Program-made: the position numbers and the translations under genes
Origin: Octopus sinensis
Lineage: Eukaryota
Assembly: GCF_006345805.1 (NCBI RefSeq)
Contig: NW_021834207.1
Span: 1-49,870 of the forward strand
Reading direction: 5' to 3'
DNA length: 49,870 nt
The notes under the pieces: model-generated
What the model was told of the DNA's origin: nothing
What the model saw: only the letters and a program-made list of their open reading frames with translations
The model's database searches: none
Part shown: in pieces, positions 11,335 through 22,897 of the stretch
How positions within the stretch are numbered: position 1 is the stretch's first letter
Layout: each line of letters begins with the position of its first letter

Positions 11335-11780
11335 AATTATGAATAAATTATAACCCTGGTAATTTTCGTCTACGGAATGCTGTTGATAATTCGGTGTACA
11401 TGGTGTTCTCTAGTGTTGTTAGCGTTGAATGAAATGTTGAATTTGGCAGATTTTATTATAAATCTTTTGTTTGGTGGGTGGGGTAAGGTCTTGGGAGTAG
11501 GTGTGCATTTACTCCAAGAGAATTTGAAGTGAGAGTACTTGGAGATGAAAGTACTTCAAGATGTTCTGGGAGGTGAGGGGTTTTTAAAATATGATGAGAG
11601 GGGTGTCTGGTTTTGTAATAATCTGTTAAACAGTTGCAAATACTGAATGGGCTGCCATTATTTAATTACAACAGAATTCTGTGTTATGTAGTGTAGGGGT
11701 TGGAATTTTCATCCGACCAGCCGAATGTCAGCAATCGTTTCAATAACTCTAACATGCCACACCAACTTGTCCAAAAATGA
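11335..11780 (-). mobile_element. degraded I/Nimb-like LINE fragment (region upstream of RNase H)
   Basis: Minus translation with stops: AAHSVFATV*QII...MHTYSQDLTPPTKQK...IINSIP*TKITRVIIY, resembling the approach to the RNase H IYTDGS motif. Confidence 0.4.
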
Positions 11781-11787
11781 ATTATCC

Positions 11788-12632
11788 TTTCTTATTTCTT
11801 ATTGCCCACAAGTGGCTAAACACAGAGGGAACAGACAAAGGTATTGAGTCGATTACATCGACCCCAGTGCGTAACTGGTGCTAACTTAATCGACCTCGAA
11901 AGGATGAAATGCAAAGTCGACCTCGGCGGAATTTGAGACTCAGAATGTAGTGACAGGTGAAATACCTATTTCTTTACTACCCACAAGGGGCTAAACACAG
12001 AGGGGACAAACAAGGACAAACAAACGGATTACTCGATTATATCGACTCCAGTGCGTAACTGGTACTTATTGAATCGACCCCGAAAGGATGAAAGGCAAAG
12101 TCGACCTCGGCGGAATTTGAACTCAGAACGTAACGGCAGACGAAATACGGCTACGCGTTTCGCCTGGCGTGCTAAAGTTTCTGCTAGCTCGCCGCTTTTG
12201 ACTGGCGAAATACCTATTTCTTTATTACCCACAAGGGGGCTAAACATAGAGGGGACAAACAAGGACAGACATAGATATTAAGCCGATTACATCGACCCCA
12301 GTGCGTAACTGGTACTTATTTAATCGACCCCGAAAGGATGAAAGGCAAAGTCAACCTTGGCGGTATTTTAAATCACAACGTAACGGCAGACGAAATACCG
12401 CAAAGCATTTCGCCCGGCGTGCTAATGTTTCTGCCAGCTCGCTGCCTTTCTGCTATAGGTTCGAGGTTTGAAATTATGGGGCAGGGGACTTGTTGATTAC
12501 ATCGACCCAAGGGCTCAACGAATACTTATTTTATCTACCCCGTGGTGAAATTAGAACATAGAACTTAAAGACTTACGAAGTGCCGATAAACATTTTGTCC
12601 AACGTGCTAACGTTTCTGCTAACTCAACCCCT
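11788..12632 (-). mobile_element. cluster of four head-to-tail SINE-A copies, including a nested full-length insertion
   Basis: The middle copy 11968-12198 is flanked by a 17-bp TSD, tgacaggtgaaatacct / tgactggcgaaatacct (11951-11967, 12199-12215). Confidence 0.9.
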
Positions 12633-12686
12633 TTTCTAAATAGGAAATATGAACAATCGTTTAAACACACACTATTACAATACACG

Positions 12687-12978
12687 TGGAGGCGCAATAG
12701 TCCAGTGGTTAGGGCAGCGAACTCGCGGTTTCAATTCCCAGACCGGGCGTTGTGTTTATTGACCGAAAACACCTAAATCACCACGAGGCTCCGGCAGGGG
12801 GTGGTGGCGATCCCTGCTGTACTCTTTTGCCGCAACTTTCCCTCACCCTTTCTTCTGTTGGCCTGCTCGCTAAGCCAGCAGGGTGGCGTCATTTGAAGGC
12901 TAAAACAATGTGAAGCGCATTGTGACCAGCGATGTGTAGCAACATCTGATAGCCTGGTCGGTCACGTGATCACGTGAT
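12687..12978 (+). mobile_element. SINE-C (tRNA-derived head ggaggcgcaatagtccagtggttaggg), tail type 2
   Basis: Box A/B head; tail ends in cacgtgatcacgtga; TSD-like acacactattaca at 12666-12678 and 12985-12997. Confidence 0.85.
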
Positions 12979-13919
12979 TATAATACACACTATTACACTG
13001 CACACAGACGCACATATTTTAACATGTTTCCACTGCATTTACTACATATAGTTATGCGTGTGGTTTTGTATGTATGCATATAATTATATACACATGCATA
13101 CTTACCTAGGAATACATACATACAAACGAACACGCATTCCTAATGGCCTACATACATGAATGTGTGTGGCCGTGAACGTGTGTGATTTTGCGTGCAAGAA
13201 AACCCGCAGCTGCAACTGAAAGATAAACAACGAGCAAAACGCCCCCCGTACAATGGACGGTGCTGAGTTGTCAAACATTTAAACCAAATTTTCTCAAAAC
13301 AACTTGTCCGACCGTCCCATAGGCTTCCCCTTTGAGAAACACTGATTTAACCTAAATTCGAGACACCAGCAAAAGAAGAAATAAAGATAGGCTTGTTTCT
13401 ATTCCAAGAAAAAGGATTTTACAAATGCACGTTCCCACGGCTTTATCGATCGCATTCTCACCTGGAATCGATTTTTGAGCAAGCCAGTTTGTTTCATGTT
13501 ACTCCCGGCCACTTAGCTGGCAAAAATGAGTAGTACCTCTGAGTAGTACCATCTGAGAACTACATTAAGCGTACGTGTATTTATGGGGAGCTCAGACACT
13601 TACGCGTTAAGTTCACGAGCTGACTGTTCCGTTGGTCAAATCAACTGGAACCCTCGTCGTTGTAACCGACGGAGTTCCAGTTATGAAGACCAGTTAAAAT
13701 CATCCTTCAAAATGGCTAAAATTGAGACAAAGAATATGAGCAACTAAAGAGCAGAACCTCTCGAACTGACGTCAGTCCATTACAACTGGAACTGAGCTTT
13801 TAGAAGTCAAAAGGAAAAGAAAAGCTGAAAAAATATGTAAGGATGTTCAGATGTAACAGCAGAAACGCCTTCATTCATGCTCTCTCTTACCGTTTTCCTT
13901 CACGTTTATTTACACAAAT

Positions 13920-14230
13920 ATTGACCTTCCCCACTCAGCTTATTCCCCAGGCCTTTCTCCTACCGATTACCACTTTTTCAAGCACCTTGATGGTTTCCTG
14001 CGAGAGAAGGAGTTTAAAAATCAAACCGATACTGAGAGTGCATTCAAAGAGACCATCAGCTCCAGAACTCCAGATTTTTATGTTACCGGAATAAACACTT
14101 GTAACTCGTTGGCAAAAATGTGTTGATTGTAATGGTACTTACTTTGATGAATAACATTTCCACATTGTTGAAATATATTGTGATGAATTTCATGTTTAAA
14201 AACGTTGCTTAATTTTTACTCAGCCTTATA
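13920..14230 (+). mobile_element. mariner transposon 3' remnant
   Basis: DLPHSAYSPGLSPTDYHFFKHLDGFLREKEFKN..., then after a frameshift LVTRWQKCVDCNGTYFDE*; ends aatttttactcagcctta. Confidence 0.88.
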
Positions 14231-14419
14231 GAATTTAACAGATACGAGAAATAACCGACTATAGAGATGATGAGGGCATATTTTATGCACACATATGTGT
14301 CCGTCTATGCACGTGTGTGTTTCTGTGCGTGTGAGGTCTGTCTGTCTGTGTGTCTGTGTGCGTGTGTGTGCACGTGTGTACTTCAGTGTATGTGAATAAT
14401 CAAGTAACTGTCTTTATAT

Positions 14420-15050
14420 TTTATTATTTACTTGTTCCAGTCATTGGATTGCAGCCATACTGGAGCACCGCTTTAAAGGACTATCGTCGAACGAATCGAC
14501 TCCTGTACTTATTTTTACAACTGGCACTTATTTTATCGGTTCTTTTGTCGAACTGCTAGTTACAGGCAGCAAACCTAACCAAAATCAGTTGTCAAGTGTT
14601 AGGCGTGTAATAATCATAGACACAAAGGCACACAGATATAAGGCCTTCCACATAGTTTCCTTCAACAACATTCACTCACAGGAGGGCGGCGATCTGGCAG
14701 AATCGTTAGCACGCCGGGAAAATGCTTAGCGGTACTTCGTCTGTCGTTGCATTCTGAGTTCAAATTCCACCATGGTCAACTTTGCCTTTCATCCTTTCGA
14801 GGATCGATTAAATAAGTACCATTTATGCACTGGGGGCGATGTAATCGACTTAATCCCTTTGTTTGTCCTTGTTTGTCCCCTCTATGTTTAACCCACTGTG
14901 GGTAATAAAGAGATAAATCTTCACTCACAGAGCATTGGTTGCCCCGGGCTATAATAAAAGACTGGCCCAAGGTGCTGTACAGTTAGGTTGAACCAAAAAC
15001 CGAGTGGTTACCAAGCGAGTTTCTTAACCAGACAGCCATTCCTGCGCCTT
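14420..15050 (-). mobile_element. SINE-B (CORE-like) interrupted by a SINE-A copy
   Basis: SINE-B segments lie on both sides of SINE-A 14685-14912(+); TSD ttcactcacag at 14671-14681 and 14920-14930. Confidence 0.8.
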
Positions 15051-15055
15051 ATATA

Positions 15056-15287
15056 TTTCTTTATTAGCCACAAGGGGCTAAACATAGAGAGGACAAACGA
15101 GGACAGACAAAGGTATTAAGTCGATTACATCGAACCCAGTGCGTAACTGGTACTTAAATTTATCGACCCCGAAAGGATGAAAGGCAAAGTCGACCTCGAC
15201 GGAATTTGAACTCAGAACGTAACGGCAGACGAAATACGGCTACGCATTTCGCCCGGCGTGCTAACGTTTCTGCCAGCTCGCCGTCTT
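15056..15287 (-). mobile_element. SINE-A full length, tail-1
   Basis: TSD cct(g/a)cgccttat at 15041-15052 and 15289-15300. Confidence 0.9.
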
Positions 15288-15764
15288 TCCTACGCCTTAT
15301 GCATGCCCAACGTTGTCGGAACAATAACTGTTTATGAAATTGTTCTTATCTTAGTTGTTATTCTTATCAGAATGTAATATACAAATGTACCAGCAAAATT
15401 AAAAGAAAATAAAACCACAAAGGATAAACGAGAACTGTTATTCTATATCTCGCCTATAAAAATATTACAATTGACGTATTATTTTGAATGCGTAGAGACA
15501 GCCATTACAACCATTACTAGCTTGCTTCTCGTACAAAAGCAGGACGATAGTCATTTGATTAATGAAAATGCCGAGCATGTAGTGAACATAGGTACAGTCA
15601 TATATATATAAATATATATATATATTATATAATATATATATATACATATATAAATATATATATAATATATATATATATATGATATTTTATATAGATATAT
15701 AATGTATTATATATGTATGTATGTATATATGTGCATATATACATATAACATATATATATTATAT

Positions 15765-16092
15765 ATGGGCAAGTGTCTTCTACTATAGCCTGGGGCCGAC
15801 CAAAGCCTTGTGAGTGAATTTGGTTGATGGAAACTGAAAGAAGCTCGTCATATATGTGTATATATATATATGTATGTGTGTGTATATGTTTGTGTCTCTG
15901 TGTTTGTCCCCCCAACATCGCTTTACAACCGATGCTGGTGTGTTTATGACCCCGTAACTTGGCGGTTCAACAAAAGAAACCTTTAGAATAAGTACTAGGC
16001 TTACAAAGAATAAGTCCTGGCCTCGATTTGCTCGCCTATAGGCGGTGCTCCAACGTGGCCATAGTCACATGACTGAAACAAGTAAAAGAGTG
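15765..16092 (+). mobile_element. SINE-B, 5'-truncated
   Basis: gggcaagtgtcttctactatagcc...ggcggtgctccaacgtggcc...gactgaaacaagtaaaagag. Confidence 0.85.
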
Positions 16093-16150
16093 TATATTGG
16101 TATTTGAGTACTCTTTTTTCCACCTTGTTTCACATTTATGTGTTTACTCC

Positions 16151-16207
<57 letters not shown>

Positions 16208-16282
16208 GAGTAAACACATATACATCTATATATATATATATATATATACATGTATATATGTATTATATATACATACATATAC

Positions 16283-16620
16283 GTCGAGTATTACCACCTG
16301 ACAGTGGAGGATATAGGCTTCATTTAAAGGAAAATGGCGACGTTATTTAAAAGGTTTTCATTTACGAGCTCAAAGCTGAGAAAAGTAATAAGGAGGATAC
16401 AGGAGGCAGCCGACAAAGCCAGCTTCTATATATGGCGAAAACTAGAAGACCCAAAATAGCTCGAAAGCCATAACATACCGACTGGGTGAGGCTGCCTGGC
16501 ACTTAAACAGCATCGCTGATTGGCAGGTGGGCCAAGGTAGCGATCTCGTTCATTGCGAGCCCTCCTCCTCGTTTGAAGGTTTGTATCACCAAACAGATGG
16601 TTGGCTCTGGCTGCTGGAAC
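16283..16620 (+). mobile_element. 3' end of an RLE-type (HERO/R2-like) non-LTR retrotransposon
   Basis: Frame reads [57 protein letters not shown] (stop 16457-16459), resembling the VE..GF...AAE.AS..IW C-terminus of RLE LINEs. Confidence 0.6.
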
Positions 16621-17583
16621 AGAAACTAACACGATACTGTTGGAAGATTGGTTTAGAGAGAGCGCGAGCTAAAACGACTAGTCCTTCCCCTTCATTGGTC
16701 AGTTGAAGATTAGATAGTGTCACGTGACAGTTAGCCGGTTCTCGCTGCTGGAGCCTACCGGCGAGTATTTAAGACGAAATTTGGAAGGATGGTCATTTGC
16801 CTTCTGACATTCGTTGACACTGCGTCGAAGAAAGGAAAGAACAAAAGGAAAACGGAGAAAGAAAAAACCCGAAAGGGTGGGGTGAGGCACGCCACGTCGA
16901 AAACGGTAGAGTGGTAAGCGTCGAAACCGGACTTGGTTCCTCGTGATGATGTCTTTGGACACTGGATACCTATAAAGGACTTGCTGAAGTAGCGAACCAC
17001 GAAACGTGGTTGGAATTACTTCCTATATATGTATGTTTCCCTACACCGTTTTCTCTCTCTCTCTCTCCCCCCCTCTCTCTCTCTCTCTCCCCCTCCCTCT
17101 CTCTCTCCCCTTCTTTATCCTTTACTCTCTCTCATTGCTTAAATATGTCTTTGATCGAAACCTGGCAGGAACTGGTAGCTTCTACTGTGTAGCTCAGAAC
17201 GAGGATAGTGTCTCAGAACGAGGTTACTGTATCAAAGCGACCCTAGACTCCTCTTCAGTATATTTGTCGGCTGTGCAAATCGATTCACATATTACTATGT
17301 TATATGTAGCTCTGCTACATATATATGCATATATATATAACTTTGAGACCGTGCTCGGAATTTTGTCAGTGAATAGGTCGCGGTCTCAAAGCGATGAAAA
17401 TATTTTGGCAAATTAAATTTAAATGTTGAAGTGAATCTAACGGATTTTGTGTGTTTCTTAAATGGCTTATAAACACCTTCCACGCTGCAATTGTTTTCGT
17501 TCCAGCACACGATCTCAGATCAGGTCACTTGCTATGCAAGTACATTTCTGTAATATATATATATATATATACATATACATAGT

Positions 17584-17681
<98 letters not shown>

Positions 17682-18075
17682 TAGTTATATATGTGTATGT
17701 ATATGTAAATGCACACATACGCATATACGCTAAGACACAGAGAGGTGCAGAGTCATGAGTAGAGCATAAGTTGTTATTCATTCCCGTTCATTCTTACAAG
17801 AGCCATAAATCACTGCAACATACAGGCTTCGGGCACTTAGCAAACAGATGATATCTGTTGAGACAAGTATTACTTTAACTCTATATTTGTTACAGTTATC
17901 GTAGCCATCGACGTTCGTGTTCAACCCTAGGTCAGTCCGGATCGAGGAGGCAATGTTTCGCTTCCATTTTTGGGTTTTGCTTTGCATTTTTCATGCATAC
18001 ATACATACATACATACATACATACATACATACACATATATACATACACACACACGCACGCACATACATGCATACA

Positions 18076-18109
<34 letters not shown>

Positions 18110-18237
18110 CATACACACATACACACACACACATACACACATACATACATACATACATACATACACACACATACATACATACATACATACATACATACAT
18201 ACATACATACATACATACATAAAAACATGTATGCATG

Positions 18238-18405
18238 TACGACGGGCTTCTTTCAGTCTCTGTCTACCAAATCCACTGAAAAAGGTTTTGAGTTGGGCGG
18301 GGCTACAGTAGAAAATATTTGCCCAAAGTGTCTCGCAATAGGACTGAACCGGGAACCATGTGATTGCGAAATAAGCTTTTTCCGCACAGCCAGGCCCTCG
18401 CCTAT
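18238..18405 (-). mobile_element. SINE-B 5' part
   Basis: gacgggcttctttcagt...ggactgaaccgggaaccatgtg...cacagcc. Confidence 0.8.
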
Positions 18406-18616
18406 GTATACCCAAATACCTTACTGAAGTTAGGTATAGGTGATTAGTTTAGAAATTCGCTTAATAAACATGAAGTGCCATATTCGATCACAAGTCATAG
18501 TAATTTGGGAAAGATCTATTTTCTATACCTTCGTTCCATCCATGACCAACCAGCGAAACTATACATACATTTACGCAATACCTATTTACATATATCCATC
18601 TAATAACCGTTTAGTT

Positions 18617-18966
18617 CAGTGTTTTTCAACTAGGGGCCACATGGCCCCTGAGGGTCCATCTAAGATTTTGGGGGCCCATGCAAGAAATTAGTAAATTGGG
18701 GTTCCACTATAGTATTTGAAGGGTCCCTAAAAACAGTTTGCTTTCGATGTATGTATTGGTATGTCTTGCAAGAAACATCTAGGTTTCTTTCTTTGATGTT
18801 TTAATTAGTTCAACCAACACAGGTGAACAGGTGAAAAGCAAATTAGGGATTTTGAAAGAAGTTTCTATAAAACTAGTTTTCAAACATCGAATGGCCACGG
18901 AGGGCCATCAGAACAAAGTAGTGATCAAAGAAGTCCATAGGTTAAAAAAATGGTTGAGGACACCTG
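18617..18966. mobile_element. non-autonomous hAT (Charlie-like) MITE
   Basis: TIRs cagtgtttttcaac / gttgaggacacctg; perfect 8-bp TSD gtttagtt at 18609-18616 and 18967-18974. Confidence 0.85.
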
Positions 18967-19006
18967 GTTTAGTTAAATGAATATTTCAAACATGCGTCGT
19001 GGAAAA

Positions 19007-19380
19007 TGACGAAGATCCATTTAGTTTTTCCTTAAAATAGTTTTCAAAGACGAATGCTACAATCTAAGACATATTCGAAGCGAAGGTTGATTTCTTTTGC
19101 TTTTTTCGTTTCTTTACTTTCAGAAGGTGAAACTGGTGTTTAGTAGCAGTGAAAGAGTAATTAGCATATTTATAGTTATACTGGAGCACCGCCGTCAAGA
19201 ATTTTTAGATGAACGGATCGATCCGATTTTTCTCTTCGTTTTCTTCTTCTTTGTAAGCCTGGTACTTACTCTATCGGTTTATTTTGCCAATCTGCGATGA
19301 CACAGGGATGTAAACACAACAACACCGGTTGTTAAGCGGTGGTGAGGGAAAACGAAGGCACAAACACACAGACATATATA

Positions 19381-19411
<31 letters not shown>

Positions 19412-19412
19412 G

Positions 19413-19446
<34 letters not shown>

Positions 19447-20134
19447 CGTGTTTGTGTGTGTGTGTGCATGTGTGTGTATAACGAGTCAACGCCCCGGACT
19501 TGTTCTTTGTAAGTCTAGTACTTCTATCGGTCTTTTTTGCCGAACCGTTAAGCTACGGGGACGTAAACACATCAACATTGGTTGTCAATCGATGGCGGGG
19601 GACAAACACAAACTTCTTTCAATTTATGTCTACCAAATCTACACACAAGTCCTTGGTCGGCCTGAAGCTATAGTAGAAGACACCTGCCCAAGGTGTCACG
19701 CAGTGGGATTGAACCCGCGGAACCATATAGTTGGAAACTGACGAAGATCCATTTAGTTTTTCCTTAAAATAGTTTTCAAAGACGAATGCTACAATCTAAG
19801 ACGTATTCGAAGCGAAGGTTGATTACTTTTGTTTTTTGTTTTTTTTTTCTTTCACAAGCTGAAACTGGTGTTTAGTAGCAGTGAAAGAGTAATTAGCATA
19901 TTTATAGTCATACTGGAGCATCACCGTCAAGAATTTCTAGACGAACGGATCGAACTGATTTTTCTCTTCTTTTTCTTCTTCTTTGTAAGCCTGGTACTTA
20001 CTCTATCGGTTTAGTTTGCCAATCCGCGATGTCACAGGGACGTAAACACAACAACACCGGTTGTTAAGCGGTGGTGAGGGAAAACGAAGGCACAAACACA
20101 CAGATATATATGTATATATATATGTGTGCGTGTG

Positions 20135-20165
<31 letters not shown>

Positions 20166-20830
20166 ATGTGTGTGTGTGTGTATGTGTGTGTGTGTGTGCA
20201 TAACAAGTCAACACCCAGGACTTATTCTTTGCAAGCCTAGTATTTCTATCGGTCTCTTTTGCCGAACGGTTAAGCTACGTGGACGTAAACACATCAACAT
20301 CGGTTGTCAATCGATGGTGGGGAATAAACACAAGCTTCTTTCAATTTCTGTCTACCAAATCCACTCACAAGGCCTTGGTCGGCCCGAGGCTATAGTAGAA
20401 GACACTTACCCAAGGTGCCACGCAGTGGGGTTGAACTTGCGGAACCGTATAGTTGGAAACTGACGAAGATCCATTTAGTTTTTCCTTAAAATAGTTTTCA
20501 AAGATGAATGCTACAAACTAAGACGTATTCGAATCGAAGGTTGATTTCTTTTGCTTTTTTTTGCTTTTTTTTTTGGTCGCCCCGGGGCTATAGTAGAAGA
20601 CATCTGCCAAAAGTGTCACGCAGTGGGACTGAACCCGCGGAGCCATATAGTTAGAAACTGACGAAGATCCATTTAGTTTTTCCTTAAAATAGTTTTCAAA
20701 GACAAATGCTACAATCTAAGACTTATTCGAAGCGAAGGTTGATTTCTTTTTTTTTTTTTTTGATTTTCTTTCACAAGGTGAAACTGGTGTTTAGTAGCAG
20801 TGAAAGAGTAATTAGCATATTTATAGTTAT
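19007..20830. repeat. tandem array of (~172-bp flank + SINE-B minus) units
   Basis: Unit starts (tgacgaagatcc) at 19007, 19739, 20461 and 20659; periods 732, 722 and 198 bp. Confidence 0.9.
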
Positions 20831-21051
20831 CCGATATACGTTAAATATTGAGAACACAGAAATCCAAAGTCGTGATGCTGATCAGTGACATTATCGAACG
20901 TCAACAATATTGCTAAGATATCACAGTACAATAATCGATTTGGAATGCTTGGTTGGAAAAAAAATTAAAATTAAAATTAAAAAATTCACACTCTCTAATT
21001 TCCATGACAACTGAAATCCTGCAAGCATTAAAAGCAAAAATTTTCTTCTGC

Positions 21052-21220
21052 GAAGAACGAATTCAGGAAGTATGTGTAGGTGTCTGGAGATTTTTATTTG
21101 ATTCTATGTGAAGAACTCATTCAGGAAGCATATGTGGGCGTTTGAAGATTTTATTTGATTCTGAGAGAAAAACGCGTTCAAGAAGAATATGTGTGGGTGT
21201 TTGAAGATCTCATTTGAAAT
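21052..21220. repeat. three diverged ~58-bp tandem repeats
   Basis: gaagaac..ttcaggaag.at.tgt.gg.gt.tg.agat..(t)atttga at 21052, 21110 and 21167. Confidence 0.7.
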
Positions 21221-21494
21221 GATGATGCAGTGATTTCAAGAATCAAGCTCTTGATGTGATCCAAACTCTTTTTAGTAAACTGCTCTAATTCCTATGTTGT
21301 CGTTAATAACACTTTGATACGACATTTCTTCAAGGTGTAACATTAAATCGAGTTTACTAAAATTCGGTTAAGTTTAAAGGTATAGTTGTACAACTGTGAG
21401 GTTAGTTCAATGCAAATATATATACTTTTTCCAGTGACGAAAAGTTACAGATCTCGAACAAGTGGAAACAAGCAATAAGTATATATATCTGAAT

Positions 21495-21780
21495 TGAGAA
21501 CCACTTTCCATCACCAACCGGTGGTCGTCACACGCTGATGACGGGTCAATACCCAGAAAATCGGGTCCGTATGTATCACGTCAGGCTGGAAATGGGAACG
21601 ATGACTTCGCTTTGCAAATACTGATAGGGCACAGAAACTGTGTCAATAGCCAGCTGGAGGAGGTGTCTTCCTGGGACTACAAGCTACAGTAGCCTCATCC
21701 CTTAAGATTCAGCCACATTTAGGTGGCAAATATACTTCACGATGTCGTGCTGCTACTGTTTACATCTCGCTCAGAGATTT
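21495..21780 (+). mobile_element. family H hammerhead-containing repeat, copy 2
   Basis: cacacg-CTGATGA-c-gggt[caat]accc-a-GAAA-a-tcgg-GTC-cgtatg at 21529-21573. Confidence 0.8.
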
Positions 21781-21796
21781 AATATATATTGCTGCT

Positions 21797-22131
21797 AAGA
21801 CCCCCTTCGGTCATGACTGACCATGGGATTGCACCTAGAAAGTTACCCTCCCAGGCAAAGGTCCGAGCAAGGTTGTTTTATGGAAGACCAGCAGTCGCCC
21901 ATGCATACCGGCCTCCCCTCTCCACGCCACCGCTGTTATCCAACGGAAAGGCAAAGTGGCCGATACGGCTTGGCACCAATGACGTCGCAAGTCATTTCTA
22001 CAGCTGAGTGAACTGGAGCAACGTTAAATAAAGTGTCTTGCTCAAGAACACAACAGGCAGCCCGGTCCAGGATTCAAACTCACAACCTCGCGATCGTAAG
22101 CTCGATGCTCTAACCACTGAGACATGCACCT

Positions 22132-22132
<1 letters not shown>
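21797..22132 (-). mobile_element. SINE-D (tRNA head, gtgttcttgagcaagacactt core)
   Basis: Box A ctcagtggttagagc, box B gagtttgaatcc, tail ccatggtcagtcatgaccgaagggggtc. Confidence 0.8.
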
Positions 22133-22184
<52 letters not shown>

Positions 22185-22897
22185 ATATATTATATATATA
22201 TATATATATATAATGCATCCATGAATATGCACAGCAACGGAGATATGTGCATGCACGTGCACATACATATCCTTCTACATCTTTTTATAATGCCACAACA
22301 CTCTCAAACAAAATCCCTCATTAAGCAAACATATGAAATATAAAACTATTGCACCAAACCTTACCATTTAAAAAGGCTTATTCATCAAATAGATGTTTTG
22401 CTTTAAGATTATCCAGTACGAGTTATTATGCAAAATAGATGGAGGAAGTTTGAATAGTATATATGAGATAAAATTAAAATTAATAGGAATACAAAATTAT
22501 GAATATATCATTTAAGAAATTGCTTGGTATAGGAGAAGTGAGGCGATAAATTTACGTTTAAAATGTTTAAAGAGCGTGATTAATGGCGACTAAATCTATA
22601 GGGCAGAAAAAAGAGATGGAAAATAATGTTTCGGAAATATGTTTGGACAAACATAAGATACGCGTGTGGGTGTGCATGTGTGTATGTGTATGTGTGTATG
22701 CATGTGAGTGTGTGTATGTGTATGTGTGTATGCATGTGAGTGTGTGTGTGTGTGCATGTATGTATGTATGTATGTATACGAGAGCACACACGCACACACA
22801 ATATGTATATACACACAGAAAGGTAGTTGTAAAGCACGAGAGGTGTTTAAGTAAGCAGAAGCGCACGACACATGCGTAGATTTGACTCTCTCTTTCT

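Noticed and set aside
11788-12632. Repeated ~230-bp units as a CRISPR-like or satellite array
   Set aside because: Eukaryotic context; the units are SINE-A copies with TSDs and no unique spacers.
12687-12760. tRNA genes suggested by box A/box B motifs here and at other SINE heads
   Set aside because: No complete cloverleaf or acceptor stem; each continues into a SINE body.
13200-13342. hAT-like TIR tttgagaaacactg
   Set aside because: No matching left TIR or TSD was found.
19738-19820. CTGACGA at each tandem-unit start (would suggest a retrozyme array)
   Set aside because: No downstream GAAA or helix II/III can be formed; the CTGA arises at the SINE-flank junction.
21621-21650. Second HHR-like string in family H (CTGATAG-ggcaca-GAAA-ctgt-GTC)
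   Set aside because: The core is not CUGANGA and there is no helix II; it is better explained as a simple ggcacag-aaa-ctgtgtc hairpin.
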